From assembly GCA_951406725.2 (NCBI GenBank), contig OX597831.1, positions 61,070,001 through 61,134,000 of the forward strand: DNA of 64,000 nucleotides. The letters run 5' to 3'. Positions 50,555 through 63,945 of this stretch are shown here, piece after piece. The stretch is from Octopus vulgaris. Its lineage: Eukaryota. Below the pieces are notes generated by a model. It saw only the letters and a program-made list of their open reading frames with translations, was not told where the DNA came from and ran no database searches. A program made the position numbers and the translations under genes. How positions within the stretch are numbered: position 1 is the stretch's first letter; the number at the start of each line of letters is the position of its first letter.

Positions 50555-50790
50555 TGGTAGTAAGGCCATAGGGCCAGTTTCATGGTTTCTATGGTGTATA
50601 TATACTCCACCTGGATGGGATGCCAGTCCCTCATAGGATTACTCATTTTTGCCAGCTGAGAGGACTAGAGGAACTTGAAATGAAGTATTTCACTCAAGAA
50701 TATAACATGTTGCCCAGTCCAGGATTTCAAACCACAATCTTAGTATCAAGAGTCCAACACTCTGACCACTAAGACACATGCCTCCACTGT
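50555..50790 (-). mobile_element. SINE family C-related, older copy
   Basis: CCACCTGGATGGGATGCCAGTCC...GAGTCCAACACTCTGACCACTAAGACACATGCCTCCAC. Confidence 0.7.
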
Positions 50791-50879
50791 GGTAGGTAGT
50801 AGGTTAGAAAACACCAATAAGGCCTAGAGATTCAGGGATAGAATTATAATGGTGAGAACATTTTAGAGGAATGTAATCA

Positions 50880-51270
50880 AAGTTGCTGAGTTGATTTTTC
50901 AGTGTGAACAACCATAATTTGTTGTTAGCAGGAAAGACATCTGGAGAAAAGGTATTCCAGAGAGCTGACATTCTGGAGAGAAAGTATTCAGCGTTGTGAG
51001 TGGTATGGGTTTATTTGGGGAGAGTATGAATAATGGCAGGAGGAGAGATGGGTATTTCTAAGTTTTCTGAATAGAGGTAGTATACAACTAGTTCATTCGA
51101 GAGATTGGATTCTATGGTAGGAGTGATTAGAATATGTAGATAGCGATAACAATATATATATGCATACCCAAGGGCTGTAGTGTGGCAAGAAATTATATTG
51201 GACCAAAAGATTGATGGCTTACTCTGTATAGGGTTCAAATAGTATTGTTACTTCCTACTCAAGCATAAGT
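50880..51270 (-). mobile_element. Old LINE 3' fragment (CR1/Jockey group)
   Basis: Minus strand PIQSK...YFLSRMSALWNTFSPDVFP (cf. SFxPRTxxLWNxLPxxVFP). Confidence 0.6.
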
Positions 51271-51723
51271 ACTGAAGTTTTCATGGAAATAATATTAAGA
51301 AAATTGAGCATATTAAATTACATAAGAAGAAAATTAGCATAATAGAAGAATCCAATTATTCACTAGACTTAGTCGCCTTGAGACAATCCTGTCAAAAGAC
51401 AGGATTACCTGGCATAGTATATCTTGGATCTCATGAAACATATATACTTCCTCTTTATGATAGTGTGGTGTGATTTGGAGGTAGAGAATTGACTATTACT
51501 TCCAGGAGGTTCAGTAAGGATACTGACCCTCATATTTTGATTGCCTTAAAAAATGTTGTTATTCAATTTTAGGTCAGCCTTGATCAATTAGTTCTTTGAT
51601 CAGTGATCTTTCAGCTATGAATCTCTTATCTTATAGATAAGTTCATTTAAGACTACATTTTACAATAGGTTTTTCATTATTGCAGACAGTAATATGAGGT
51701 TTGAGGATGATAAATTTTGGCAG

Positions 51724-52033
51724 GTTTGTTTGTTTGTCCCTTGTTGAGCCATGCCTGGCTCATAAGGGCCGATTTCCCGGTTTCCTTGGCATATAGGTTC
51801 CCCACCTGGACGAGATGCCGGTCCGTCTCAGGTGAGCTGTGAGATGCAGGAAGTAAAAGTGAGAGAAAGTTGTGGCGAAAGTGTCAGCAGAAGTTCACCA
51901 CTACCTTCTGCCAGAGCCGCGTGGAGCTTAGGTGTTTTGCTCATAAACACACACATCGCTCGGCCTGAAATTCGATCCCAAGATCCTTCGACCACAAGTC
52001 CGCTGCTCTAACCACTAGTCCATGTGCCTCCAC
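51724..52033 (-). mobile_element. SINE family C (tail variant with (TTTG)n)
   Basis: Family C head and GTGAGAGAAAGTTGTGG core. Confidence 0.8.
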
Positions 52034-52369
52034 AACTTTGGGAGGTGATTACTATGGGCCTTATCATCAAATTCCCTTAAATAGACATATTATTTAACAT
52101 AGATGTGATTTGTTACTTTTATAGCTGAACTCAAATTTTAAATTGAGCCATGATTATACCCAGGATAGTAATGAGCTTTATATACACAACACTAGGAATC
52201 ATAAACTTTAAGCTACTAGAAGGGAAAGTCCTTTTCTTTTTGTGCTTTATTATGTAATTCACTCACCAGTAAAATTTCCACTTATTTCTTTTTTCTTCCT
52301 AAAATTTTCGTTGCCTCTTGCAACCTTTTCAATAGTCTTGACTCTGTCCGTTATTTACACTGCGTTCCT

Positions 52370-52800
52370 TTTTGTTTGTTTGTGCACATGTGTGTGGGTC
52401 AGTGTGTGTGTCTGTGTGCCTATGCATGCAAGCATGTACGTATGTATGTGTGTATGTATGCATGTGTATGTATATGTATATATGTGTGTGCATGCATATG
52501 TATATATGTATGCATCTGTGTGTGTGTATCCTACATATTCATGTGCTTGCATGTCCGTGTTTGTGTATTTTCTATGTATGCATGTGTGTGATTGTGTATT
52601 TGTATATGTATGCACCTCTGTCTCCTTGTGTGTGCATGTCTGTGTGTGTGTGTGTGTGTGCGTTATGTAACTATGTACCATGTTTGTATGTATGGATGTG
52701 CATCTCTATATGTGTCCTTGTGTGGAGTAAAGTGTGTGCGTGTATATGGTCATTTGTTTCAGTCTCCATTTGCATATGTGTGCTTGTCTGTTCTTATAAC
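52370..52800. repeat. Degenerate (TG)/(TATG) low-complexity region
   Basis: Direct observation. Confidence 0.9.
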
Positions 52801-53251
52801 CTACGTACTTATCTGTCTGTATGTTGATCTGTTTATTTTTATATCTATATGCTTACATGCAAAAAAAACAACAACAAAAAAACGAAATATTAGAAGAGAG
52901 TTTGACCAAAATTTCTATTACAAACTGTTCTCAAATTCAAACTCACACTAATTACACACAACAGTCTTGAGAAAATGAAGAATCACAAGAATAATGTAGT
53001 TTTAAATACATTATTTTTAAACATAAACTAGGAATGTTGCAGCTGCAATGTCATTGATGATAAAACTGGTTATCAGATATGGCCTGAAGCTGAACAACAG
53101 CACAAGCAACATTTTTGAAGCCATGATCAGTGAACAGTGTCTACAACAGTCACTGAACCACCCACTAGAAGTAGCAGCTAATAGCAGACAATGTTTCTTT
53201 GTAATCACAGATTACCGGTTCTGAAGAGGAAAGCTATATGGTATAATGTAA

Positions 53252-53663
53252 GGCGGCGAGCTGGCAGAAACGTTAGCACGCCGGGCGAAATGCGTAGCCG
53301 TATTTCATCTGCCGCTACGTTCTGAGTTCAAATTCTGCTGAAGTCGGGTTTGCCTTTCATCCTTTCGCGGTCGATAAATTAAGTACCAGTTACGCACTGG
53401 GGTCGATGTCATCAACTTAATCCGTTTGTCTGTCCTTGTTTGTCCCCTCTGTGTTAAGCCCCTTATGGGTAGTAAAGAATTAAGTATTTCGTCTGTCGTT
53501 ACGTTCTGAGTCCAAATTCCGCCGAGGTCAACTTTGCCTTTCATCCTTTCGGGGTCGATAAATTAGTACCAGTTATGCATTGGGGTCGATGTAATCAACT
53601 TAATCCGTTTGTCTGTCCTTGTTTGTCCCCTCTGAGTTTAGCCCCTTGTAGGTAGTAAAGAAA
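53252..53663 (+). mobile_element. SINE family B with internal duplication and TSD
   Basis: Two cores; TATATGG(T/C)ATAATGT at 53235-53249 and 53666-53680. Confidence 0.92.
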
Positions 53664-53948
53664 TATATATGGCATAATGTGCCTGATGATCAAGAAAAAC
53701 TGTATTTCAGAAACAAATCATGTGACAGTCTCAGTTTGTATGTCTTTCATCATTGGATCTATAATAGTCTGTTAACAGATTCTACAATTTATGAGCCATT
53801 GTAGTAGAAGTAATTTTAAAGAAAATGGAACACATCTACTCATATATGGACCATAGGTTGGCAGAAAATTGTTCTTGCTGTTTGGTTTCAAGTCAGTCAT
53901 TTATTTAGCTGGCAAATGATTTCAAGTATTTCAACTATAACCCTTTAA

Positions 53949-54380
53949 GGATCTTTTCGGTTTGAACGGCAGTTTTTAACATAATTTCTAGTTAACTAAA
54001 AAATTTTAAACTTCGTATACTGGTAGAATGTGTTTATAAAACATCTTTTTCTCTTGGCTTTATTGAGAAAATTCTATGGTTTGTAAGATATTTGTTGTTT
54101 TTTTCCTTCAATTTCTGCAATTTCAACCAATCAGTGATGTCTATTGAGGTAAAAAACATTCTGTGCCGTATGAATATGTCCCTCGTTTAAAAAACAGATT
54201 GAGTTTATTTACGTTTGTGAAGAAAAAAGATAACCTTCCCCCCACCCCTAACCCTAACCCTGACTAACCCTAACCCTAAAACAGTTTGAAATGCAATAGA
54301 TCGATACTAGGGTCATAATTATGGGTGATAATTTCATATGACACTGCTAGAAAAAACTGCCGTTCAAACCGAAAAGATCC
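53949..54380. mobile_element. Merlin-like MITE, second copy
   Basis: Same TIRs and body as 9540-9952; perfect 8-bp TSD CCCTTTAA at 53941-53948 and 54381-54388. Confidence 0.92.
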
Positions 54381-54407
54381 CCCTTTAATTCTTTATTCAA
54401 GTAAAGT

Positions 54408-54675
54408 ATCATCATCATCATTTAACGTCCGTTTTCCATGCTAGCATGGGTTGGATGGTTCAACATGGGTCTGTTAAGCCAGAAGGCTGCGCCAGGCCTA
54501 GTCTGATCTGGCAGTGTTTCTACAGTTGGATGCCCTTCCTAACGCCAAGCACTCCGTGAATGTAGTGGGTCCTTTTTATGTCCCACCTGCACAGGTGGCA
54601 GATGAGACTGGAAAACGTCCACGATCAGATGGTGCTTTTTACGCGCCACTGGCATGGGGGCCAGACGAGGCTGGG
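54408..54675 (-). mobile_element. SINE family D
   Basis: Family D tail and core. Confidence 0.85.
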
Positions 54676-55856
54676 ATTATATTATCTGATATGAACTTCC
54701 TTTACGAGACGGGTATACACTTCAAGGGAGATTTCACTGATGTTTCCAGGAAGTTGTACAAAATTATGCTCGCTTCTTCAGATACACATATATGTGCATG
54801 AGTACATGACAGATGCAATGCGCAAAAATATAAGAAATTGATAAGTTGTTTGGAATGTATTTCATTGCATAGATGCTAGCAGCCATGTAGGAATGAGATA
54901 CTTTCTGCAATCCCTTGTACAAATAAACATCTCGGAATGATTATATATTCAGCTGAACTTTAAGAAACAAAGTGCTATAAATATAGATAAAAATATTTCT
55001 CCTTCTGTCCCCCATTCATATATAAATCAATCATTAAATCTAAAGATGGGAGCTTCACATTGAGGAAATTAAGATCAGATAATTTTCAGTAGAATGTCAT
55101 GAAAAATAATTTGCAATAAAAATCTTGAAAATAATGTAAATACATATTCTCATAAATATTAATAAATGTTGAAAAAAGACATCCATACATACAGACATAC
55201 ATACACATATGTTAATACACTTATAGCATATAAATATATGTAAATTTGTGTGTGTGTGTGTGTATGTGTGTGTGTATAATTACTTGCATATGTTAGCTTT
55301 TAGGTATATCTTAAATTAATGGAAGAGGGAAAATATAATCTTTACCAACAAGAGATGTAAGAATACTACTAAGTTGTATTATATAAATTCTCATTCTCCA
55401 ACTCCTCCTATGTTTATATAAACAGGCATTCTTTGTCTTTACACACACACACACACACACACATTCACACATACACACTCACACACACATTGGCAGACAC
55501 AATCCTGATTATAAACGTCATTTGTTATGAATTGGTTTATATATCATTAAGTTTAAATTCTAGATAATAAGTTATGAAATAACAGGTTATATATAATAAT
55601 AAATTACTATTCCATTTAATTTAGTACACAAGGACAACATATAAGTAACAGAAGCAATGGTTTGAATCATCTCACCATATATTACTGGTATTAATTAAGT
55701 ACACATTATTTTAATAAAAACTGAAGCCAATGATCTTATGAAGAATATGAAACTATACATTACACTTCAATCCACTTGCTACCATGGTATTCAGTTAATA
55801 ACCTGCCTCTTAATGATATATATTAACTGTTTGTCCCAGTTTTATTACATATCGTT

Positions 55857-56026
55857 CTATATTTAAGAGATGAGGAATTATGTACATTATTTACATTTGT
55901 TGGATATTTGTCCTCATCTTGTTTGTTGTTAACACGTTTCAGCTGATATACCGCCCAGCCTTCATCAGGTGTCTTGAGGAAATTTCGAACCTGGGTTCTC
56001 ATTCCTAAGGTATTTTTCGATGGCTG

Positions 56027-56104
<78 letters not shown>

Positions 56105-56145
56105 TCACTGCCTGGCTGGATTCAAGCTCAGAATCTTGGGGTTAA
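55857..56145 (-). mobile_element. tRNA-like head + (AAT)n + HHR element, left (inverted) arm
   Basis: Reverse complement of 56158-56254 joined to 57335-57555; HHR core at 55931-55973. Confidence 0.8.
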
Positions 56146-56194
56146 GAGCACGAGCTATTAAACCCAAGATTCCGAGTTCAATTCCAGGCAGTGA

Positions 56195-56255
<61 letters not shown>

Positions 56256-57356
56256 CCACCATAGGACTGCAAAAATACCTACTTCAGAAGGAAGGAAAAC
56301 TGATCCAGATAGCAGCAAAACACGAGCAAAACAAAAAACTGTTCTCAGTATTTAAGGAAGCTGACAAATACAAACAAGAAATCATACCACCTAATAAACA
56401 CAAAGAAGAAGAAGATGATGAAGAAACAACAAAAGCTATAAAACAAATGAAATCCAAACTAAAAATAGAACAGCAACGAGCCATGATAAAACGATGGCAA
56501 GAAAAGCCCCTTCATGGTAAATACTGCACTAAACTAAATGCAAAAGAAATAGACAAAGAAAAATCCCAGCAATGGTTGAGAAGCTCAGGACTCAAAGCAG
56601 AAACAGAGGGATTTTTAATTGCAGCACAAGACCAAAACCTCCCCACCAGAAATTACCAAAAACATGTAATGAAAAGAAATATTACAAGTAACTGCAGAAT
56701 ATGTGGAGATGGACAAGAAACAATAAATCATATTATCTCTAGCTGCCCAGTCCTGGCTAAGAAGGAATATATTCACAGACATGACGGAGTTGGAACCTAC
56801 ATACATTGGAAGCTAGAAAAAAGATGGTATAGGCACACACTAGAAAAGGTCACAGAAAACGAGAAAGCAACCATACTCTGGGATATGCCGATACACACAG
56901 ATAGAGAAATTAAGGCCAACAGACCAGATATAGTTGTCAGAGATCATGAAGAAAAAAATGCTTTCTAATTGATGTATCAATACCGGCAGATGACAACGTG
57001 TCTCTAAAAGAAATGGAGAAACTCTCAAAATACAAAGACCTGGAAATAGAGGTAACTAGAATGTGGAACCTGAAAACAGAAACAATTCCTATCATAGTAG
57101 GTGCATTAGGCATGATAAAAAAATATTCAGACAAATACATAACAAAAACACCAGGACTTACAAACACATATAACATACAGAAAATTGCACTACTAGGCAC
57201 TGCACACATCCTACGCAGAACACTTTCCATACAATAACCATCAGAGCATCACAACAAATCACAGCACATACCCAAGGCACACAGAGCTGCGCTCGGTAGT
57301 GAAGTGAAAGCACGCTATAAAAATAAAACTACTGAATAATAATAATAATAATAATG

Positions 57357-57410
<54 letters not shown>

Positions 57411-57555
57411 TCGAAAAATACCTTAGGAATGAGAACCCAATTTCAAAATTTCCTCAAGACACCTGAAGAAGGCTGGAGGGTATAACAGCTGAAACGTGTT
57501 AGCAACAAACAAAATGAGGACAAATATCCGTCAAATATAAATAATGTAAATAATA
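56140..57555 (+). mobile_element. tRNA-like head + (AAT)n + HHR element, right arm, interrupted by a Dong-like LINE
   Basis: GGTTAAGAGC...GAGTTCAATTCC (box B-like, 56174-56185), then (AAT)n, CATCGAAAAATACC and GACAC-CTGAAGA-AGGCTG..CAGCT-GAAAC (57458-57500). Confidence 0.8.
56255..57334 (+). mobile_element. R4/Dong-like LINE, 5'-truncated, inserted in (AAT)n
   Basis: ORFs 56447..56968 and 56998..57237: CRICGDGQETINHIISSC zinc knuckle, NRPDIV RLE motif, KLSKYKDL; (AAT)n on both sides. Confidence 0.93.
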
Positions 57556-57564
57556 CATTACATA

Positions 57565-57982
57565 TTGCTTTGAAGTTTTGGTGCTAGGCTAGCAATATTG
57601 TGGGAGGGAAAAGTCAATCAGACTGACCTCAGTATTCAGCTAGTACTTATTGTATTGACCCTGAAAGGGAGAAGGGCAAAGCTGAACCTAGCAGAATTTG
57701 AACTCAGAATGTAAAGACAAATGATATGTTGCTAAGTATTTTTACAGCATGCTACGGACTCTGTCAGCATAATAGTCTCAAATTTTAGCACAGAGCCAGC
57801 TAGTTTGGGGGAGAGGTGAGTGAATTACATTGACCCCATTGTTTAGCTATTACTTATTTTATCAACCCCGGAAAAATGAAAGGCAAAGTTGACACTGGCA
57901 GAATTTGAACTCAGAACACAAAGACAGATGAAATGCCAGTAAGCATTTTATCTGATATGCTAATGATTCTGCTAGCTTGCCA
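57565..57982 (-). mobile_element. SINE family B older variant, two adjacent copies
   Basis: Two reverse cores (GAAAGGCAAAGTTGAC..GCAGAATTTGAACTCAGAA); a third partial copy lies at about 58225-58370. Confidence 0.7.
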
Positions 57983-58461
57983 TATTCTATTTATATTACA
58001 TATCAATTAACAACTGAGCCAATGTGTAAATTCTTACATGGTCTCTTGACTTGCTAGAAATGGTAACCAATTATCCTTCAAATCACATGCAATCTGTTTG
58101 AAAAGGTTCCACAAATTCAAATAATGTAATCCAAGTTATGCAATGAGGTGTGATGGCCGTGGCTTGAATAGTTTCCATTAGATGTTTATTGAATGTGATA
58201 AACAAAAGCAACAAATCCATATAGCTTTCAAATTTTTGCACAAGGCCAAAAAATTTGGGGAGGGGTTAAGTCAATTGTACTGACTCCAGTACCCAAGTGG
58301 TACATATTTTATTGACCACAAGAATGATGGAAGGCAAAGTTGAGGTTGGCAGAATTTGAACTCAGAACAAAGTCAATAAATTCCTATTAACCATATCCAA
58401 CATATTATAATATACATATTTTAGTATCATGCATACATAGTAGCAATATTTATGGTGGTAG

Positions 58462-58959
58462 AGCATTTAGACTGGCCATATCCAACCAAAATATTCTACC
58501 TGTTTTATATTCAAACTGGCCAGATCCAATGAAATTGGAAAAATAAACAATTACATCATTGAAATCTTGAAGCTACAAAGTAATACATGATTGCTTCAAA
58601 AGGATGATGATCATCATCACCATCATCATTTAACGTCTGCTTTCCATGCTAGCATGGGTTGGACGATTTGACTGAGGTCTGGCAAACCAGACTCCAATCT
58701 GATCTAGTAGAGTTTCTACAGCTGTATGCCCTTCCTAATGCCAACCACTCCGAGAGTGTAGAATGTGCTTTTATGTGCCACTGGAACGAGGCCAGTTTGG
58801 TGGTACTGGCGACGACCTCGCTCGAATGTTTCACGTGCCATCAGCACAAGTGCTAGTAAGGCAACGCAGTAACGATCATGCTCGAATGGTATGTTTAACG
58901 TGCCATAGGCGTGAATAAATAAGCATTACATTTGGTGGATTAATCTGAATGCTAAAGGG
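58462..58959. mobile_element. Possible piggyBac-type non-autonomous remnant with a nested SINE D
   Basis: Right end AATGCTAAAGGG|TTAA; only AGCATT of a matching left end is visible. Confidence 0.35.
58611..58908 (-). mobile_element. SINE family D
   Basis: Family D tail and core. Confidence 0.85.
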
Positions 58960-59075
58960 TTAAGCTGCTCTACAAAGGGGTGCATGGTGCTTACATCCTT
59001 TTGAATTTTAAGTACAAATCCTGCCATGGATGAATTTGCTTTCAAATTTCCTGAGTCAATGACATAGAAATACGT

Positions 59076-59309
59076 ATTTCTTTACTACACACAAGGGGCT
59101 AAACACAGAGGGGACAAACAAGGACAGACAAACTGATTAAGTCAATTATATCGACCCCAGTGTGTAAATCCGGCACTTATTTTATCAACCCCGAAAGGAT
59201 GAAAGGCAAAGTCAACCTTGGCGGAATTTGAACTCAGAACGTAGCGGCAGACGAAATACTGCAAAGCATTTGACCCGGCATTCTAACGTTTCTGCCAGCT
59301 CGCCGTCTT
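59076..59309 (-). mobile_element. SINE family B
   Basis: Reverse complement of the single-core form. Confidence 0.9.
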
Positions 59310-59387
59310 ATTAACATAGAAATACCATTCTATTACTGAGGTCAATCTGACTGACTGCTCCGTTTCCAGGATTTTCTAGATAGATGC

Positions 59388-59752
59388 AGACATAGCTATC
59401 TGTTAAGAAGTTTGTTTCCCAGCCACATGGTTCTGGGTTCAATTCCACAGCATGAAATCTTGGTCAGCTGTCTCCTATTATAGCCTTGAGCCAACCAACG
59501 CCTTGGGAGTGCCAATTATATATATATGCTTGATTGTGTATGTGTGTGTGTATACATTTGTGTGTGTGTGTATTCATTTGTGTGTTAGTGCTTGACTGGT
59601 GTTTGTTTAACTTAGCAGTTTGGCAAAAAAAACAGCAATAGAATAAATACCAGGTTAAAAAAAGTGCTGGGGTCAATTCGTTCGACTAAATTCCTTCAAA
59701 ATGGTGCTGCATCATTGCCACAGTCTAATGACTGAAACAAATAAAAGATAAA
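59388..59752 (+). mobile_element. SINE family A, older copy
   Basis: Diverged match to family A. Confidence 0.75.
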
Positions 59753-60327
59753 ATAAATAAGACACCTCTGTGCTCAAAGATAAATAAACAAATAAATAAG
59801 TAGATAAATAAATGAAAATTATGATCAGAAATACACACTTTTAGATAAGATATACTTTACTGCTCATCTTATGATAAATAATTTGAATGTTTGTCATAGA
59901 TTTTTCCGTTCTGATTTTGACACAAAACATATTAATCTGATTCTCTCAGTTTGTTTCCCAAACCTATTTCACAGTTTTGAGATGAATGCTAGAATAAATA
60001 TGTAATCCAGGAATAAAAATTTCGGTTTCCTTCCGGAGATTATCTGGAAGATGGTTCTGCTAAACAGCTTACAAGAAAACACTCCCTACACACTTTGATA
60101 AGTATTGACACATATACATATAAGAAAAACAATATTCCCTAAATTAGCATATTTAAAAAGGTATGTTGCAAGGATGGCAAATATGTTTCTATTAACTGCC
60201 AACAAAATCAAATTAAAAAGCCATACAGAAATTCATACGATAAATCAATATGGTGTACAGAATTTTCTGATTATTTCTCTGATTTCCCAAAAGAATCCCT
60301 TCTTATATGGGATTCGTATAAAAAATT

Positions 60328-60812
<485 letters not shown>

Positions 60813-60929
60813 ATGCCTATGTAGATGTCTACCCTTTTTCTCTACCTGTGTTTGTGCATTTGTATGCATTTCTGTATGAATTATGGCTTTCAATCTGATT
60901 CATTTTATGCATTTGTGAAATCCTCACTA

Positions 60930-61820
60930 AGCACTTTGCTATAATAGTGATGAGATGAGGAATGTTTACCAGAACAGAAGATGAAAAGAAAAGACAGCGA
61001 AGGAGTATCTGTGATGACTCAGAACAATATTAATTTGAAAGATAAAAGCCAAAAAGATAATTACATAAGCTGAGCTGCAGTGGTAGTGATTCAGTATGGC
61101 ACTGGACTTCTGAATTGGACAGAGGGTGAACTAAAAGTGTTGGACAAGAAGACAAGAAAGCCTCTAACAATGCATGGAGCCAATCATCCATGTGCAGACA
61201 CTGACAGTCTGTACATGTAGAGACGAAATGGAGAATGGTAACTGATGAGTGTGGAAGACTGGATGCATACCAAATTTCAGAATCAATTTAGTTATCCATC
61301 CCAATTTGAGGAAACCTTGCCAGGAGCAGATGGAGATGACAGATAATTGAAATCAGGAAAAAAAGAAAATAACAAAGCAAGAAGTACAAGAAACGACATG
61401 AAGAAGCACTATGCAACAAAGAAGAAGGCAATTTCTTGTAGCCTCAACTGAAGTTGCTGGGAAACATTGATGAGAATGGTTGAAAAAGGAAAGACTGAAA
61501 AAGAAGAGGCTGGAAGCAGAATATTGTCAGGTCAAGACTAAATTTTGGCCACAAATTGGAGAGTCAACCATAGGAATGAGTAAGTGTTTCCACTTACCTA
61601 ATCTGTAATAGAGTTGATGAAACGATTGTCCATATCATGAACGAATGCCCTTGATTTGCTGAACATCAATTGAAGTTGTAACAATACGATGAGGTGGTAA
61701 ACATGATACATTAAAAACTTTGTGAAAAGTGGGTGTTAGAGAGAGAGAGAGTTAAGATATGGTGTGAGCACAAACCACACAGAGTTGATAAAACAAGGGA
61801 CAACTGATGAAGGGAATATT
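60930..61820 (+). mobile_element. Old R4/Dong-like LINE fragment
   Basis: VIQYGTGLLNWTEGELKVLDKKTRKPLTMHGANHPCADTDSLY, ETIVHIMNEC and WCEHKP; heavily decayed. Confidence 0.8.
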
Positions 61821-62004
61821 CTTTATGTTGCTTGTCTCATTTCTCTATTTGTTTCTTTCGTTATTCGAAGAAAAAGTTCGCTTTCCATGCTTTTTTTTAT
61901 GTTCTCGTTTCTCATTTTGTTCACTTTTCTTTGACGTCCTGTACCCATGCATGTATCTATACATATATATCTTGGCATGTACGTGTATGTATGTATATAT
62001 GCAT

Positions 62005-62206
62005 GGGTCCGGTTTCCAGTTTCTATTGCGTATGTGTTCCCCAGCTGGACGGGACGCCAGTCCATCGCAGCATGACTGAGTGGACTGAAGCAACGTGAAA
62101 TGAAGTGCTTTGCTCAAGAGCACAACGCGTCGCCCGGTCCAGGAATCGAAACCACAACCTTACGATCATGATGTTGACATACTAACCACTAAGCCACGCG
62201 CCTCCA
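62005..62206 (-). mobile_element. SINE family C-related
   Basis: CTGGACGGGACGCCAGTCC...GGAATCGAAACCAC...CTAACCACTAAGCCACGCGCCTCCAC. Confidence 0.8.
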
Positions 62207-62214
62207 CAAACACA

Positions 62215-62217
<3 letters not shown>

Positions 62218-62268
<51 letters not shown>

Positions 62269-62409
62269 CATATATATATATATATACATATATATACATA
62301 TATATATATATATACATATATATACATATGTATATATATACATATATATACATATATATATATATACATATATATATATACATATATATATATACATATA
62401 TATATATAC

Positions 62410-62484
<75 letters not shown>

Positions 62485-62523
62485 CATATATATATGTATA
62501 TATATACATATACATATACATAC

Positions 62524-62585
<62 letters not shown>

Positions 62586-62601
62586 ATACATATACATATA
62601 C

Positions 62602-62686
<85 letters not shown>
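62218..62686. repeat. Long (TA)n/(TACA)n microsatellite
   Basis: Direct observation. Confidence 0.95.
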
Positions 62687-62693
<7 letters not shown>

Positions 62694-62843
62694 GCATGCA
62701 TACGTACATACATATATAATGTATGGTGGTTTACTTCAGAGGCGATCTAAACGATTAGCTACGCTAGCTAAGTGCTGTAAGAGATTACTAGGGCTTCAAG
62801 GTTATAGTAGAGACAGTATATATAAACCTATTGCAGATTTCCG

Positions 62844-62974
62844 ATATATAATTGTTAAAGAGGACAACAAACGTTAAGGCAAGGTAATCAACTCAAGTCA
62901 CGTACAATAATGTATAAGACTTGTGATGCTAGCTTTGTCTTAACGTTTGTTATCCTCTTTAACAATTATATATA
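62844..62974. repeat. Inverted repeat (long hairpin)
   Basis: ATATATAATTGTTAAAGAGGACAACAAACGTTAAGGCAA / TTGTCTTAACGTTTGTTATCCTCTTTAACAATTATATAT. Confidence 0.9.
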
Positions 62975-62999
62975 TATATATACACACACATATATATAT

Positions 63000-63203
63000 A
63001 TTAAATTAGGTGAGTCACCATGATAGATCGTTAACCACTACACGCATTTTTTTCTCTCCTTGTTTTTTCTGTGTCCCTTTCTGTAGAAGAGCGTAGGCTC
63101 GAAACGTAAAATACTTTTTCTATTCCTGAGCGTTATACTAATACATCTGTTTGTTTTGTACACCACCTGTCTTCGTCTTTTGTTTTTTTCTTAAACTCTC
63201 CCT
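63000..63203 (+). mobile_element. ~200-bp pyrimidine-rich element with HHR-like motif, inserted in (TA)n
   Basis: TTT-CTGTAGA-A-GAGC-GTAG-GCTC-GAAAC-GTA-AAA at 63078-63111; (TA)n flanks. Confidence 0.7.
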
Positions 63204-63767
63204 ATATATATATATATATGAATGTATATACATTCATGCATATTATACACACATATATATATACATATATATATGCGTATGTATATATACATTCCTGCAT
63301 CTAATACATACACACGCACACACACACACACTCACACACACATACAATCTTTGAAAAAACTTTTATTCTCAAGAAAGATAATCATACATGACAAAGACAT
63401 TTGGAAAGATTTATGACTGACCAAATATCGAGAACATTCTACACTCAGTTTCATTGGTATTGATGTGTACAAATATAAACAAGTATATTACCTAAATTAC
63501 CATATTTCCAAGTTATAACGAAAGAGTTGTAAATATCTTCTGTTTACTGTTTAGTGTAATCAAGTTTAAAATCCAAGTAAAGTATATTGAATAAATCAAT
63601 AAACCATGTTCAGTTTTTGGAATATTCCAGTGATTTCCCAAAAGAAAGGCCGTAGCTTGTCTGGATTTGTACAGATATTACAAGCAAATTTTTGAGGCAG
63701 TACACACACACACACACACATACACATGTGCGTGTGCGTCTTTGAAGGGTTAATTAAATATATATGC

Positions 63768-63945
63768 TTCTTTATTACCCACAAGGGGCTAAACATAGAG
63801 GGGACAAACAAGGACAGACAAACGAATTAAGTCGATTACATCGACACCAGTGCGTAACTGGTACTTAATTTATCGACCCCGAAAGGATGAAAGGCAAAGT
63901 CGACCACGGCGGAATTCGAACTCAGAACGTAACGACAGACGAAAT
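63768..63945 (-). mobile_element. SINE family B, head truncated
   Basis: Reverse complement of core and tail. Confidence 0.9.

Noticed and set aside
53017-53220. Minus-strand exon after a CTTTCCTCTTCAG acceptor
   Set aside because: All frames from the acceptor hit stops and no convincing donor was found
56447-57237. Host zinc-finger or nuclease gene
   Set aside because: Frameshifted C-terminus of a 5'-truncated R4/Dong-like retrotransposon with several paralogous fragments in the window
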